NCBI RefSeq assembly: GCF_028641065.1 | Contig: NC_073392.1 | Span: forward strand, 14,198,001 to 14,262,000 | DNA length: 64,000 nt | Origin: Leucoraja erinacea | Lineage: Eukaryota | Direction: 5' to 3' | Part shown: positions 1 through 13,498 of the stretch, piece after piece | Numbering within the stretch: the stretch's first letter is position 1 | Layout: each line of letters begins with the position of its first letter | Made by a program: the position numbers and the translations under genes | The notes under the pieces: generated by a model | Told to the model about the DNA's origin: nothing | Databases searched by the model: none | The model's input: the letters and a program-made list of their open reading frames with translations, nothing else

Positions 1-199
1 GTGGTGAACTAAAAGGAGGCCCAAACAAGTAGTTGGATCAGATCAAACAATGAGTGAACTTCGATTTACTTAGAGCAAAGCTGTTCTTCTCCAATAATTC
101 CCTGCACAAGATTTAAGGCAGGGTTACAATTAGGCGTTATTTTTATTTCTTTGTGGACAGGTGGATGATGTCGGTAGCAATGCCAGTTCACTGTCCACT

Positions 200-450
200 G
201 CACTGAGGGGGTTGTTAAAAGTGAGCTATACTGTTGGCTGTGGAGTCCATGAAGACCAGACTGAGCAACAGATAGCAGATCCCCTACCCCTAAAAACATG
301 AATGAACCCAATGAAATTTCAGCTACAATCCAATAATTTTATGGATACTGCTGCTGAGACAGCTTCTTATTTTAATTCCAGATCTATGTGATCATTTGAT
401 TTTAAACTCCACATTGCAATCGTGAGCATTGAACTCATGTATCTGGTTCA
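200..450 (-). mobile_element. Old diverged SINE relic (resembles the shark SacSINE1/DeuSINE type); related piece at ~43070-43200
   Basis: The pattern ctgagac.agct...aatt(c)cagat...aaa.tccaca...gtg...ttgaa occurs at both loci. The family name is from memory. Confidence 0.4.
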
Positions 451-1934
451 GATATCAAATGAATAAGAAATTGGAGGGAAAATCTAGGCAAGAATCAGAC
501 CAGTTAATACTATCCCGGCGTCCCTGGAACAGTAATAAAGTTTGAAGGAACAACGAGGGTTTTATTACTCATAATTCTATTGATACATGTCACAATATTC
601 CAAATGCAAGATTGGACATGGTACAATTGTGATTTGTGGGAAAGTATTATGGATGACGTTACATGCTCAAATGCAAGCATGAATCATTCTTGGACAAAGT
701 TAGGTGCCTTGTTTTATAAATAACAAGACTATTTAGTATTCTTGGTAGGATGCAAAGATTGTTGGCCAAACTACAGCAGGCTCATACAGAAAGTTGTATT
801 GCAATGAGAAGGTAATTTTTTTGGAGCTGGGAGGATCTATTGAATGCAGTTTTCTAGCAATATAGGTCACAATGGAATTTTTGGATGAATAACATGATGT
901 TTCATAAAAGGCATGAGGCACCAATGTTTTCATATTAACTTCAAAATATAAAATCTTCTGAGATTCATTTAGACGTGTACTAGAATTACAGCCACGCCCA
1001 CCCAATTGATTTTGCACACATGAAGCCATCCACAAGGGAACCAATGACATTTAAAACAGTTCTGCAAATATCTCTCCTAAAACCAAAGAGCTCGATTGAG
1101 ATTAAAATGACGGGATCTTGGAAAACTGTATGAGAGAAGCAAAACTACATCATTCTTCAATTCAAGGGATTCTACTTAAGTATTGTACAGTAATAAACAT
1201 CATGATATGATGGCAATAAATAATCATTTAATTCCCTGAAACTATCCAAGATAGGACAAGATCTTCAGTTTGTGAAGGTTGCCCGAATGGCAAATAACTA
1301 AATTGTCAAGTCTAAGATACTGCGCGATACATTCTGGACTGTGGGTTGCACAAAAAGTTCAAACTGTACACATGGATTAATATTGGTACTTTTAGCAGAG
1401 AAGTTATATTTACACAAGTTATGGGCTTGTGTTTCTTTCTCTCAGGCCTGGAGAGAAAAACCTGGAATTGCTGATATAGGGACCCGAGGTCCTAGTCCAG
1501 GTGATTTTTAGAATTGCTTCTTCCTACTTCAGGCAAATGTTGACATAGACTCTCGTCAAGTGAAATGCAACCCAGAAACACCAAGGTTACTCCACCAGGA
1601 GTAGGTATTTTACACAGTGCTGGTCAGAAGGAAGGATGGGTTGAATATAATGACCAGTGCATCTGAAGAAAGGAGCAGCTGAGAGAAAAGTAAAGCACTC
1701 ATGATGGATCCTTCAACAGTTTCACAAGATATCAGCAACAACTGCCCAAAATGCAAATTAAAATTATGTAAATTAACATTCCTCATCTTTATTCCACTAA
1801 ATTGACCCAACTACTGCCATTCACTTACATTGCTTTTGTTCCCAATGTATTTCTCCACAGCCATATCCATTGAGATGTTACCACTATATATTGCTACTTG
1901 TTTTTTTAGAGTTACCAGAAGAAGTGAAACTTAC

Positions 1935-2105
1935 AGGCTGTAACAATCAGGCTGATCGGCTCTTTCTGGGCAATTGTTCTCGTTCTGGAAAAATGGGCAA
2001 AACAAATGTAGTCATCCCGACTGTCAGTTAACTGCACATTTGAAAAGTAAAGGTCTCCGTTAAGTCCTTGGGATGCTCTGCTGTTCTGTTGGATGCGTTG
2101 TATCT
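1935..2105 (-). CDS. CHL1: Ig2 C-terminal exon (171 nt): KIQRIQQNSRASQGLNGDLYFSNVQLTDSRDDYICFAHFSRTRTIAQKEPISLIVTA
   Basis: TTTTATTTTTCAG| and |GTAAGT, phases 1-1. GDLYFSNV and DY.C.A.F...RTI.QK.P motifs. The gene continues beyond position 1. Confidence 0.95.
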
Positions 2106-2949
2106 CTGAAAAATAAAACAGACTATCATTATAGTCTAATCTTTACTAAACCGATTGATTTCACAACTAAACCTTACTAACAATCAGTTAATGACTTGAA
2201 ACATTAATCCTGTTTCACTCTCCACAATTGTTGTCTAACCAGCTACATGCTTCCAGAACTTCCTGCTTTTATTAAAGATTTTTAAGCATCTGTCATATTT
2301 TGCCTTTGGATTGATAATTAATAATTCCATCTCATTTAAGATTCATTCAAATGACTGATTCCATAAATAATGTAGGCCGTGAATGTCAACAGAAATTAAT
2401 TAAAAACTCATAACTCTTCCCCTTTACCTTTTTTTCATGCAATTATTCTCATAGGTGTAGCAAGGCACATTTTAATACGTTATTTATTTAGTGAAAGGAA
2501 TTTATGAAAAGGAGCACAAGGCTAAATAGTCAATTTCCCTTTGGTGTGCCAACTCTTTCGGCAATGCACATAAACCACAATGAACAATCACAGGGGTTTT
2601 ACAAATGGAAAAAAATGAGATTCACATCATTTGTTTGATATTTGCAGTAGACAGGAACACCAAAAAAGGTAAATAATCAATGTATATTTTTAATGAAGGA
2701 GGAAATTGCACTAAGCAACTACCTCTCCTAATTGCTGTTGATTCTTCAGAGAATTTCATCATGGAGGTAATTTCAATATTGTATTACAAAGTGCAAACAC
2801 ATGCTGTTTGAATAGCAAACTTTGCTCAGCAGAAACTTTGAAATTGATCGACATAATAATTTATTAAACCTTCAAAATGATAATTGCATCTTGAGACATA
2901 ACATGATGCTGACACCTGCCGATGACCTCTCTCAAGTTACCATGCTTGT

Positions 2950-4375
2950 AGGTTTACTATTGTCACACGTACACAGAAAAACGTTGTTGCATGATATCCA
3001 AACAGATCCCATACATTAATACACGCAAGTTTAACTAAAGTACAATAGGTATAGCAAAGCGGAAGATACAGAATGCAGAATATAGTTCTCAGCATCGTAG
3101 CGCATCAGCTCCATGAACAAAGTCTAATGTCTACAATGTGGGGAAAGTGAATTGGATGTATCATAGCTTATTGGGACCGTTCAGGAGCCTGATAACTGAG
3201 GGGAGGAAGCTGTTCCCAAGTCTGGTGCTGCACACTTTCAAGGGAACAGGGAGAAGGAGGAATGATTGGGGTGGGACAATCTTTGATTATGTTGGCCTCT
3301 TTTCCAAGGCAGTCTGAAGTGTAGGTGGAGTCTGGTCTCTGTGATGGCATGTGCTACAACAACAGAGCAGTTCCCAAGCCAAGCTGTAATGGAACCTGAC
3401 AATAAGCTTTCTATGATGCATCTGTTGAACTTTGTAAGAGTCATATCCTAAATTTCCTCAGTCTTCTCAGGAAGTAGAGGGATCGGTGTGCCTTCATAGC
3501 TGTTGTATTAATATGGTTGGTAGACGAGAGATCATTGATAATTCAGTAAACCTCATTATAACGGACAAGATGAACTTTAATACACAAAAGGACACAAAGT
3601 GCTGGAGTAACTCACAAGGTACATGGATAGGTTTGGAGGGATATGGGCCAAAAGCAGGCTGGTGGGACTAGTGTAGATGGGAGATGTTGGTCGGAGTGGG
3701 CAAGTTGGGCCATGCCAGATTAGCGGGGGGAAGAGGCCTCCTCAAATGGAGTGGACTGTGTGGTGGGTGAAGGAGGGTCCGGCCGGGGCTGGAAGCGGCC
3801 ATTAGAAAGGGGTTGGTAAAAAAGAGGGTTTACCGTATTAACGCAAACTAACTTGAAGTTGTCAACCATTGCCACATTGGCAACTTTAATGCTGATTGGG
3901 GCATGTAGTCCACCATGTTTCTTGAAGTCGATAACTAGCTCCTTTGACTTGCTGACATTGAGAGAGAGGTTATTGTCCTGACATCATGTTACTAAGTAGG
4001 CAGTGGAGGCCAATTCACTGGATGTATTCAAGAGGAAGTTAGATATGGCTCATCGGGCTAATGGAATCGAGGGAAATGGTGAGAAAGCAGAAACGAGGTA
4101 CTGATTTTGGATGATCAGGCGTAATCATATTGACGGTGCTGGCTCGAAGGGCAGAATGGCCTACTCCTGCACCCATTTTCAATGTTTCTATGTTTCCTCC
4201 ATCTCCTTCGTGTATTCTATCTAATCTTTTTTCATGAGTGGGCCCCCCACCACAGTGGTGTTATCTGCAAACTAGTAGATGGAGTGTGAGCTAATTTGGG
4301 CTGCATAGTCAAGAGTGTGTAGGGAGTGTAGTAGAAGATTGAGAATTTCAGACCCCATACTAAATGGCAAGGGCT
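2950..4375 (-). mobile_element. Degenerate Rex1/Babar-type LINE 3' half, interrupted by younger repeats
   Basis: Minus-strand RT remnants LLHSLHTLDYAAQISSHSIY*FADNTTVVG (~4250-4345), NNLSLNVSKSKELVIDF (~3925-3980) and LTKFNRCIIESLLSGSITAWLGNC (~3365-3440). Confidence 0.8.
3997..4196 (+). mobile_element. CR1/HER1 LINE 3' end inserted in the Rex1 relic
   Basis: gcagtggaggccaattcactggat...tcgaagggcagaatggcctactcctgcacc followed by a (tttctatg) tail, as at 33030-33777. Confidence 0.8.
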
Positions 4376-4589
4376 ATTGCTGCAGAAAGGTTTTATACAG
4401 TTTCATGTCATGCTGCTTGAATAGCAGAATGTCAGGCTATCAAACTATGAACGGCCTTGACATTAGAAACGATTTAAAATCATCCAGGAACATTCAAAAC
4501 TATAAAAAGCAATAAAACTACTTTAAAAAAAAGCACATAATTAAAGAAAATGAAGATTATAGAATTACTTTTTAAAGGATAAAAATGTT

Positions 4590-4883
4590 TATTTAGTTTA
4601 AAGATGCAGCATGAAAACAGGACCTTCAGTCTACGCCAACCACCAACCCATTCACATTAGATTTATGTCATGCACTCCCCACACACTTGGGGCAGTTTTA
4701 CAGAGATCAATTAACCTACAAACCCACACATCTTTGGGATAATGGGAGGAAACCAAAGCATCCGAGGGAAACCCACAAGGTCACAGGGAGAACATGCAAA
4801 CTGCACACAGACAGCATCCAAAGTTTGGCTTGGTCTCTGGTACTGTGAGGCTGCAGGTCTACCAGCTGCGCTACTGTGCTCCA
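4590..4883 (-). mobile_element. HE1-type tRNA-derived SINE (diverged)
   Basis: Reverse complement of the SINE at 46148-46466 (aattaacctacaaac, ggaggaaacc, acagacagca). Confidence 0.75.
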
Positions 4884-5530
4884 CTGAGTTAATTAGAACA
4901 AATCAAACATAACAAGTCAATCCTCATCAAAATTGGAGAGCAGTTAGGAAAACAGTTAGGGAGCACCATACAATTTCAGTACCTCTCTTTGCACTCATCC
5001 TGAATTTGGTGGCACTTCCACAAGGAAATAACAGCAGTTCAGTATAGGAACTGCTCTCAATTCCCAGCAACTTCACAATTTGCTGAGTGAGGCAGCTGTC
5101 CACACAAAGCACAGAGTGTGTAGCAGGGGGGGGCTGTCTGATAGATATTTCCATATATTCATGACTCTTTCATTTTACCTTTAAATCATGTTAATTTCCA
5201 CTTATGCCCTCATAATTCACTTCAAATTATTAACCTGACTTTACCCTATATCTACATTGTAATATTTTACTTGCTTCAGAAGAGTAATATGATTTTATAA
5301 TGACGTGAGAACGATTGCAAAATGGAAACCAATTAGACTTCAGCCTTTTCCTTTTACGTGACTTTTATTTTATTCATGACATCCGCAAAAATTTCACATG
5401 GGCAAGAATGCCCAATTGCCCAAAAAAATGTTTTAATATAATTGCCAGATGGTAAGCAGATAGAATTTAACAATTTAGTTGAGCAACCGGTTATAGAATC
5501 TGTTATCATTAAATAAGAGACTGTACTTAC

Positions 5531-5653
5531 TGCTGGTCATCCAATAAATATTTAATGGTGGTGGCCCATTGGGAGGGTTACATGGTAACACCACAGACTC
5601 CCCTTCCTCCACCTTAATGGGTTTCATGCTCTCCTTAGGGAATCTCGGGATAG
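5531..5653 (-). CDS. CHL1: Ig2 N-terminal exon (123 nt): [41 protein letters not shown]
   Basis: TTTGTTTTCACAG| and |GTAAGT, phases 1-1. L1-family signature VEEG..VLPCNPP...PL.IYWM. Confidence 0.95.
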
Positions 5654-7589
5654 CTGTGAAAACAAATTATTATTCGATGTTATTTGTCATGAAATATAAT
5701 TTTGAAAATGCACATTTCGTATACCAAATATAGAATACGAGAGGAAACAGACACAGAACTCAGCATGAGGCACAAGGCAAAGGTAATGAAAAACAATATG
5801 CACCTGAATAGAAATCAATGGCGAACTGTTCAACTTACATTCTTCTACACATTAATGTTATAGCTCGCTGCATCCAGATACATAGTTAAGGCACAGTTTG
5901 ATGCCGCAATAGAAATTGTTGGGTAGCCAATAATTTCTTGTTCGTTGTAATTAAGAGGATCTATTTGTAATGTTCTTTAAGTTGAAAAGCTACAAAGATT
6001 TTGTTCAAATTATCCTTTTTCAATTTTTTTGTATATTGCCATCTGAAAAGCAGCAGCATATTTTAGAAAGCTGTTCTGGATAATTTGATTTGATTTGCAA
6101 ATGTTCTATTTCTGTGTGCACACCCTTTTCTTCTCGTCGCTGCATGTTAAACATTTGTAAATGAATAATTCAGGTTTAATGTTGATGGAAGTCATTAAAA
6201 AAACTTGTATGTTTCCTTTGTAACCTTTGAATACATCCACAACGTGTACTTATAAAGTAATCACATTCTTGAGGTCCTACGGCACTTCACATAGGCAGAA
6301 GGAGAAGTGCGATGCCAGGGAAATACAAAGAGGTTGATACTTAAACAAACTGTTACAATGCAGCACCACAACTTGCAATTATACAGTGCTTTTAATGTTA
6401 AAATGCTTTTCACAATGGAGAACATCAAACCAAATCTGAAAGTAAGCTGCATAACAAGGTGTTTGATTGAAAAAAGATTCTTACTAGAGGAAGGAGAGGT
6501 ATACAGATAATGGAAAAGATAATTACAAAATGCTGGAGTAACTCAGTGAGACAGGCATCATCTCGGGATAGAGTAATGGGTGATGTTTTAGTTTGAGACA
6601 CTTCTTCAGACTGTTAAAAATGGCATGGATGTGGAATGGAGTGACATATAGCTACCTATAATGAAACCGCATGGTCCTTAAGGAATATTTTTTCTAAGAT
6701 TGCGCAAATGCAAAATACAAAGACAAATAAAAGAGTCCTAAATTCTACAAGACAGTGAAAGAAAAATACAGTGCAAAAATATAAGTTTGTCCATGCTCAA
6801 AGTGAGATTTTGCAGGGTGTAAAGTCCCAAGTCACAAAAAAGCAATCCTTCTCATTGTATGTAAAGTGTACGGTGGAAATGTCACAGAATCATAGCTTCA
6901 TGGCAGCATAGAAAGGGGCCATCCAAGACATTCTGGGCAATTAGTTTGAGAGTAAAAGAAACTTCAAAACTAAGTCTTCCTTCTGCATTATTGTTTTTAT
7001 TGGTATTGCTGAAGTTAAGAGGGGAAACAAATTTATCAGTTCCAAATCGCTGAAGTAATTTTTCACTGCACAAGCATAAAGCAGCAAATAGTATTGAAAC
7101 TCTTAAAAGAGCTGAGAATGCCGTAACAGCAGGTTCATTCTCAACACTTTTACTTCTTTGTTGCTTGTTAAATCCTGCCCAGGCACATGTTTCTTTCTTT
7201 TCAAGAGTTTTCTGAAAAATAATGGTTCACAGGGATTCCAATCCATGTCCCAGTGGGTGAGAGACAATAGGATATGATTCCCTCTAAATCTTTCACCATT
7301 CAAACTAATTCACACTTAAATACACAACACTAATGTGGGAATGGAAGAAAGTTATCCTGCTAAGGTTAGAATTAAGCTTGTCATTAAGTAGAGGAGAAAG
7401 GTATTTACTCCTGCAAACATGAAGTACTTGTTATTGTTACTATTGACCGGAAATGGAAATGCATTTAATTTTCCATTATTATTTTAACAAACAAATAGAA
7501 ATTAACTAATTACAAAGATCAAAATTTGGCAGGAAAAATCAATTAAAAATACACTGATGAAGATTACAAAAATATTCAGTATATCGGAA

Positions 7590-7770
7590 TTAGTTTAGTT
7601 TAGTTTAGAGGTGCAGCGCAGAAACAGGCCGTTCTGTCCACTGAGTCAATGCCAATGTGTGATCCCCGCACACTAACATTATCCTATGCACACTAGGGAT
7701 AATTTACGATTTTACCAAGCAAATTAACCTACAAACCTGTACGTATTTGGAGTGTGGGAGGATAACCTAC
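7590..7770 (-). mobile_element. HE1-type SINE 3' part
   Basis: (ttagt)n tail, gaaacaggcc, cactaggga and ttaacctacaaacctgtacg motifs. Confidence 0.8.
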
Positions 7771-8451
7771 ACGGAGGTAGCAACATTACCTAGCGTGGGC
7801 AAGTAGATGCTCTGTTTAGAGCAAAATTTAGCAGAAACAAATATATTTCGCACCGCAGTTCATCTCAATTATACTTCTTGTTCTGAAATTAGTACATTGC
7901 TAATTGGGATATATAAAATTGCCACACCAAAAACAGCAATATATCTGAAAACTCAAATTTCATCCAGCTGCTGACATTTAGAGGCAAATGGGCAAACCCA
8001 CTACTTAATCACTAAAGCCACCAACATGTAACATTCCCAGCAAATGCTAAATTCTGATCACTACCACAGGGCTACACGAGGCAGTGCAAGGAGGGAAGGG
8101 AGCACGTCCCAGATCCTGGAGACGCAGAAGGATCACATCACCTGCAGTAAGAATGTTTCCCTGTTTATATGAGGGGTTGGGGTGAGGGGTGAGGGGAGGG
8201 GAGACCCTTGTGGCACCAAGCAGTCAACATTGGCAGGTGGCTGTGAGAGAGGTCTGCACCACACAGGTCACTAGTGTGACCTGGCGTTGAAAATAAAAGC
8301 TTCGTAAAATTGATCAGATCCAAGTTCTTGCACCTATGGACTTCTTCATTGTATCTTCTAATTAACTACTAACTTTCCTTCTGATTTTCTATTTACACGT
8401 ACCCTTTCAATGCTGACATGGTAAGTTTTCCATCCGACATAACGGTTTTTG

Positions 8452-8680
8452 GAGACACAAGGAATTACAGATGCTGGAAGTTTGAACAAGCCAAAACTCT
8501 GGAGGAACTCAGCAGATCGGGCAGCATCTGTAGAGGGAATGGACAGGCACGGCTTTGGGCCAAGACACTTCTTCAGCCCAATTAGTCTGAAGAAGAGTCC
8601 CAACCCAAAATGTTACCTATCCATTCCCTCGACAGATGCATGCCTGACCTGCTGAGACCTTCCGGAATTTTCTGTTTAGA
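8452..8680. mobile_element. Penelope-derived terminal repeats in inverted (palindromic) arrangement
   Basis: gcagcatctgtagagggaatgga...cttcttcag on the left mirrors ctgaagaag...tccattccctcgacagatgc on the right. Confidence 0.7.
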
Positions 8681-10879
8681 TCTTTCTGAATCTCTAGAAG
8701 TGGGCAGTTGAAGCTGAAGTATCTCATCAGAGGATATTTTCCCATAATTAGAAATCCACATTGATAGTTTTTCCTTGTTGGTCGAGGTAATCATTATAGT
8801 TCTTTCATCCGTGTATGCCATGGAAAAGACTGCGATAACACACACTTATGGCTGGCTCTCTCAAGAGAGACTGGGTTTCTATGTTTTGGTCATAGTTATT
8901 GTCATGGAATTATGGGATAGCACGCATTTTGCTTTCAAGGTGTGACATTGGGAAGAAGACACAAGGGAGAAAGGCGATTTAAAATTTTAAATTGTACTTG
9001 GGTATGTGCTCTCTGCCCTTTGCATAAACCAAAAATACTCTAACTTAAAAATAAAGGCAAGTTAAATTTATCTCGAAAAGTACAATCAGATTCATCTGGA
9101 AAACTGGTGCAATAGGATTTAACTTGGAATATCTCTGTGTTAAATGCACAATTTGCCTCTGGTGGAGAGCTAACACAGACAGGATGAACCAAATGGCCAC
9201 CTTCTGTGATGTAAACACTTTATGATTCTATGTTATAAGTGCAATTAGTTATTATTACAACTCCCTCCAATCTACTGATTAAAGAGGATAAAAACATTCA
9301 GAATGGAACAAAAGCTCAAAAGTTTGCCTTTGACATCAACAGCTCAGTATAATAATATTTATCCATGAACATTTAATTGCCAAATCAACGCGCTCAGTCA
9401 CCCTCAAATTAAATACATAATGTTGTGCCCTGAATGGTGTTATCCAACACTGAACACTTCGTGCTGATAAACATATTCAGGAATAAATTGAAATGTGCTT
9501 CAATTTCATGCAGAGCAGAAAATATTGCCCAGCATTTACTTCACAGCATTATATTTCCACACTCTTATTCGTCAAAGAAAATCTCAAATATTAAATGCTG
9601 GTTTGGGTGAAATCCAAATCAAGATTTTCTATTTGTGATCAGTTCTAGAAAAAACATTGTTACCCATGTTGCCCTACGGAATTTCTTTTTGAGTTCTGGC
9701 AGTCATAAAAACATTTTATTCCAAAAATGTTTAGGGCTTTGTTTAATCTCTGACTCGCAATTCCATTTTGGTGAGTTGCCAATCACCTTTACCAGCAAGC
9801 GGGGATCAACTACTTCAAGCACTGCAGGGAGAAGTTGAATTGATAGGACGTCACTTTGGAGCGTGTATATCGAGCAGATAATCGTACCATCAGCAGAGGG
9901 CTGGGGAAACACAATCACCATCTGCTTCCTTGGACAGGAATGGAGTGATCGCAGGAAGCCAAGACAGAATTTTAGACAAAGCAGAATATTTGCTATAATT
10001 TGATTAATGAAGAATATAATGTGATCATTTTTTTCTGAATTCTCACAAATTAAAACATCAGTGGATCTACCCTTACAAATATCATTTACAATTCATGGAA
10101 TCCTAGGAAGATACTGCATAGAAGGTGATTCAGTCCATCGTGCTTGCATTTGCTTTTTGGCTCACGTCTCCATCACTGACTAGTCCTTTACATTGGCAGA
10201 AATGGTGAACCATAAAAATACAAATTTTGATACATTTTTAGTGCTGTGGTGATGATTTCAGTTATAATTAAATACCGTTGCCTTGCACCAAATGACCTTT
10301 AAATGAATTTAGTAGTTTAAATGAATAGGATTAATTTTATTATACTGATCAATGATTTATGATATTGTTTACCTTTTCGTACAAAAATACATGTATCGAT
10401 AAGTGCAAGTCAATATGTTACTTCATACACTGCTCAGATTCATTCACAATAAAGAACAGCAGGTCACACAAGTAAATGCCTGTGGTAGACCAGAGCAATG
10501 ATGCCAACTAGAACACTACACACAGGCCAAGAAGGAGTTTGCTTTGACACGCTTACATTAACACACAAACCTCCCTCATTATAGGTTCGGTTGTAACTTT
10601 AACAGGCTGCTGGTTGTCTGCTGGCACAAATTGTAGTGCCATCAACAGAAAAACAATTCAATATTTGGCCCTGAACATTCCCAGATGGTTTGCTGGAACT
10701 TCTATTGATATACAACAGTACTTTACTCAGGCCTGTCAGATGCTCAGCGTGACATTTCAAGCGGAACTCAGATCACATCGTACTTGGGAATTGCAAAAAT
10801 GAAAAGATAAACATGGAAATTACAAGAAAATTACATGCATTTTCTTGTTATGCATACTTACACTTTAGCATTTTTAGTA

Positions 10880-11166
10880 TTTTAGTTTCAGAGATATAAC
10901 GTGGAAACAGGCCCTTCGACCCACCCAGTCCGCACTGAACACTAGGGACAATTTTACATCTAAACATTTATACCATGCCAATTTATACCACTACAAAGTT
11001 ACGTCTTCGGCGTGTGGGTGGAAACCAGAGATCTCAGAGAAAACTCACGCAGGTCACGGGGAGAACGTAAAAACTCCGTACGGACAAGCACCCGGAGCCA
11101 GGATCGAACCTGGGTCTCTAACGATGTAAGGCAGTTAGTAGCTCTACCGCTTTGCCACAGTGCCTC
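10880..11166 (-). mobile_element. HE1-type SINE
   Basis: gtggaaacaggcccttcg...caggtcacggggagaacgta...ggatcgaacctgggtctc (B-box-like on the minus strand)...ctctaccgct. Confidence 0.85.
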
Positions 11167-12636
11167 CCAAATGTCTGTATTAAAACTGATAACTTGAATC
11201 TAAATTTCCTGGTTTCAATGTAATTAAATGCAACAGTGGTGTTGAACTAGTTTCTTCAAGATTAATAGATAACTCACCAAGACTCTCTGCCACTCATATA
11301 CACTGCTCCAACATGTAAAAGATAAGCTCACATCAATCTCCCAGATTCAACCAACCTGTTATCAAACGTCGGTGCATCTAAATTCTTTTGAGAAAATCCT
11401 ATCCATTGTCCTCCTACATGTTTAGAAATAATATGTTGCTTCCATCGCCTTTCAATGGGCAACATCTTTGTTTAACATGACAATGAAGATGTAAGGACGG
11501 ATGAAAGATTCCAAGAATGATGGAACCATTGCATCTCCCTTGCTCTTTCCACCATTATTTTACAACAGTGTTAACTCTTTATAGGCCAAGCGGCTTCGAA
11601 AGAATATTGGCAGACAGTTTTGTTATCCATATCAGCATGGACATGAAAGTCATCCTGTATACATTTAATGCAAGTATCTTTCTACTTCCACAAACACATT
11701 AAACATTGATACAACATAGTAGAGCACTGGAATAGGCCCTTCAGCCCACAATGTCTGTGTTGAACATAATGCCTCTCAACAACACTGCAGCACCACTTTT
11801 ACCAGGGCTACAACAGTTCAATAAAATGGCTTACCACCTATATTTGAAGGGCATTTTGGCCATGGTCATATTTTCCTATCACATAGGATGTTGTCATTTG
11901 ACCCTTTAAGAATAAAACAACTCTTTGAGCATTTTTCCACAAATGTTACCAGTGAACTCTTTCCCTACATTCCCATCATCTCCCCTCCCACCTTCCCCAG
12001 ATAGACACTTGGAGCAACTTCCAGTAGCCAATTAACCACCCGGTCTACATGACTTTGGGATGTGGGACCTGTTTTTGCGTGAAACAGCAATAGTAAGCAC
12101 ATACTAGCAAGCTGTACATACTATCCTTATGATTAATACACAGGTCATCATTGTTAATTTTTATTCAACCAGTATTTCGCACATTAGCTCTAAGTTGTTC
12201 CAAGTTCTTTGCTTATTCCATTTGGAATAAACAAAGAACTTGTAACATCTCAGAGCTAGTCCTGAGATGCTGCAAGGTCATAGCATCTCATAACATGGGG
12301 AGATGCTGTGATATCTCCCTATGTCTGTGCTGAAGATATGGGGAGCTTTCATATGCCATGATATATCATGGGGATAACTCTGCTTCCCGAGTCCAGAAAT
12401 TCTAGTCTGGGATCAGCAAACCCAAAGCTTGGAAATTACTCCAGGGTGCAATTATACCCATGTATTTTAAGCATTTAAAGCATGTAGGTATTCTTGTGCT
12501 TCTCCAGCTGGGAATATCATAGTGTCATTTCTTTGAAGTCAAAATACATTGATGTGGCACATTGGTTTGTCTGTCATTAACAGTGGCTGGGAAGCACAGC
12601 TACCTGTCAGGTAAACTGCTGAGTACTTTGTGCATA

Positions 12637-13005
12637 GACACAAAATGCTGAAGTAACTCAACGGAACAGGTGGAATCTCTGGAGAGAAGGAATGGGTGAC
12701 GTTTTGGGTCGAGACCCTTCTTCAGACTGATGTCAGGAGAGTGGGTGGTACAGAGATAAAATGCAGTCGGACACGCTAAGACTGATCGAAGAACTGTGAA
12801 GGAAAAGGGGATGGAGAGAGAGGGAAAGCAAGGGCCACAAAGTTAGAGAAGTCAATGTTCATACTGCTGGGGTGTAAGCTACCCAAGCGAAATATAAGGT
12901 GCTGTTCTTCCAATTTGCGCTGGGCCTCGCTGACAATGGAGGAGGCCCAGGCCAGAAAGATCAGTGTGGGAATGGGGGAAGGAGTTAAAGTGTTTAGCAA
13001 CCAGC
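12637..13005 (-). mobile_element. Penelope-like element 3' end (GIY-YIG C-terminus plus terminal repeat)
   Basis: ORF remnant SEAQRKLEEQHLIFRLGSLHPSSMNIDFSNF, near-identical to 27182-27290, followed by the common terminal repeat. Confidence 0.85.
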
Positions 13006-13304
13006 ACTTTCTACTTTGTGCAGATGGGCAAAAAGGGCTGAAATGGACATGAAGATCCCAAGGGTGGAAGTCTGTGCTGTTCAACTCTGACTGATTCTAC
13101 AACAAACTATGACCTTACTTCACAGGTTCTGATGCTTGATGTGCTATTTTGGAGCTGCTTTGCTCCTCAAAACTCCTCATAGATTTCCTGCTAGTCTTGG
13201 AAAAAATGTTGCAGAAAGCATATATGCATCCTTGATGCTAATTCACAAGTCAGAGCTTCAAGTCCATTAATCGAAGCCAAACATTGAAATCTAGAAGTAC
13301 TTAC

Positions 13305-13498
13305 TTGCAGTGCTGAAAACAATTTCCTCAGATACTGCTGTCCCCAGTTCATTGCTAGCATAACAATGATATTTTCCCTGAAAAGTGTTCAAATTGCCAT
13401 TGTTGTTTTTCATCACAAATGACCCCGAGTTTATAGTTGTATTCATTCTGGGGTCCTGTGATGGATCATATTCTTTGCCATCCTTGGTCCACCGAAAA
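13305..13498 (-). CDS. CHL1: Ig1 C-terminal exon (194 nt): FRWTKDGKEYDPSQDPR...FQGKYHCYASNELGTAVSEEIVFSTA
   Basis: TTTGTATTCTAG| and |GTAAGT, phases 2-1. Contains the Ig tryptophan and YxCxAxN motifs; FQGKY.C.ASN.LG.A.SEEI.F is CHL1-like. Confidence 0.95.

Noticed and set aside
1823-1860. GTAAGT donor just downstream of the Ig2 exon, as a possible Ig2-Ig3 linker exon
   Set aside because: No credible acceptor or pyrimidine tract lies between 1934 and this site.
5839-5844. Minus-strand TAG|AAGAAT|GTAAGT 6-nt microexon candidate
   Set aside because: It preserves the frame but has no polypyrimidine tract, and I know of no family precedent at this junction.
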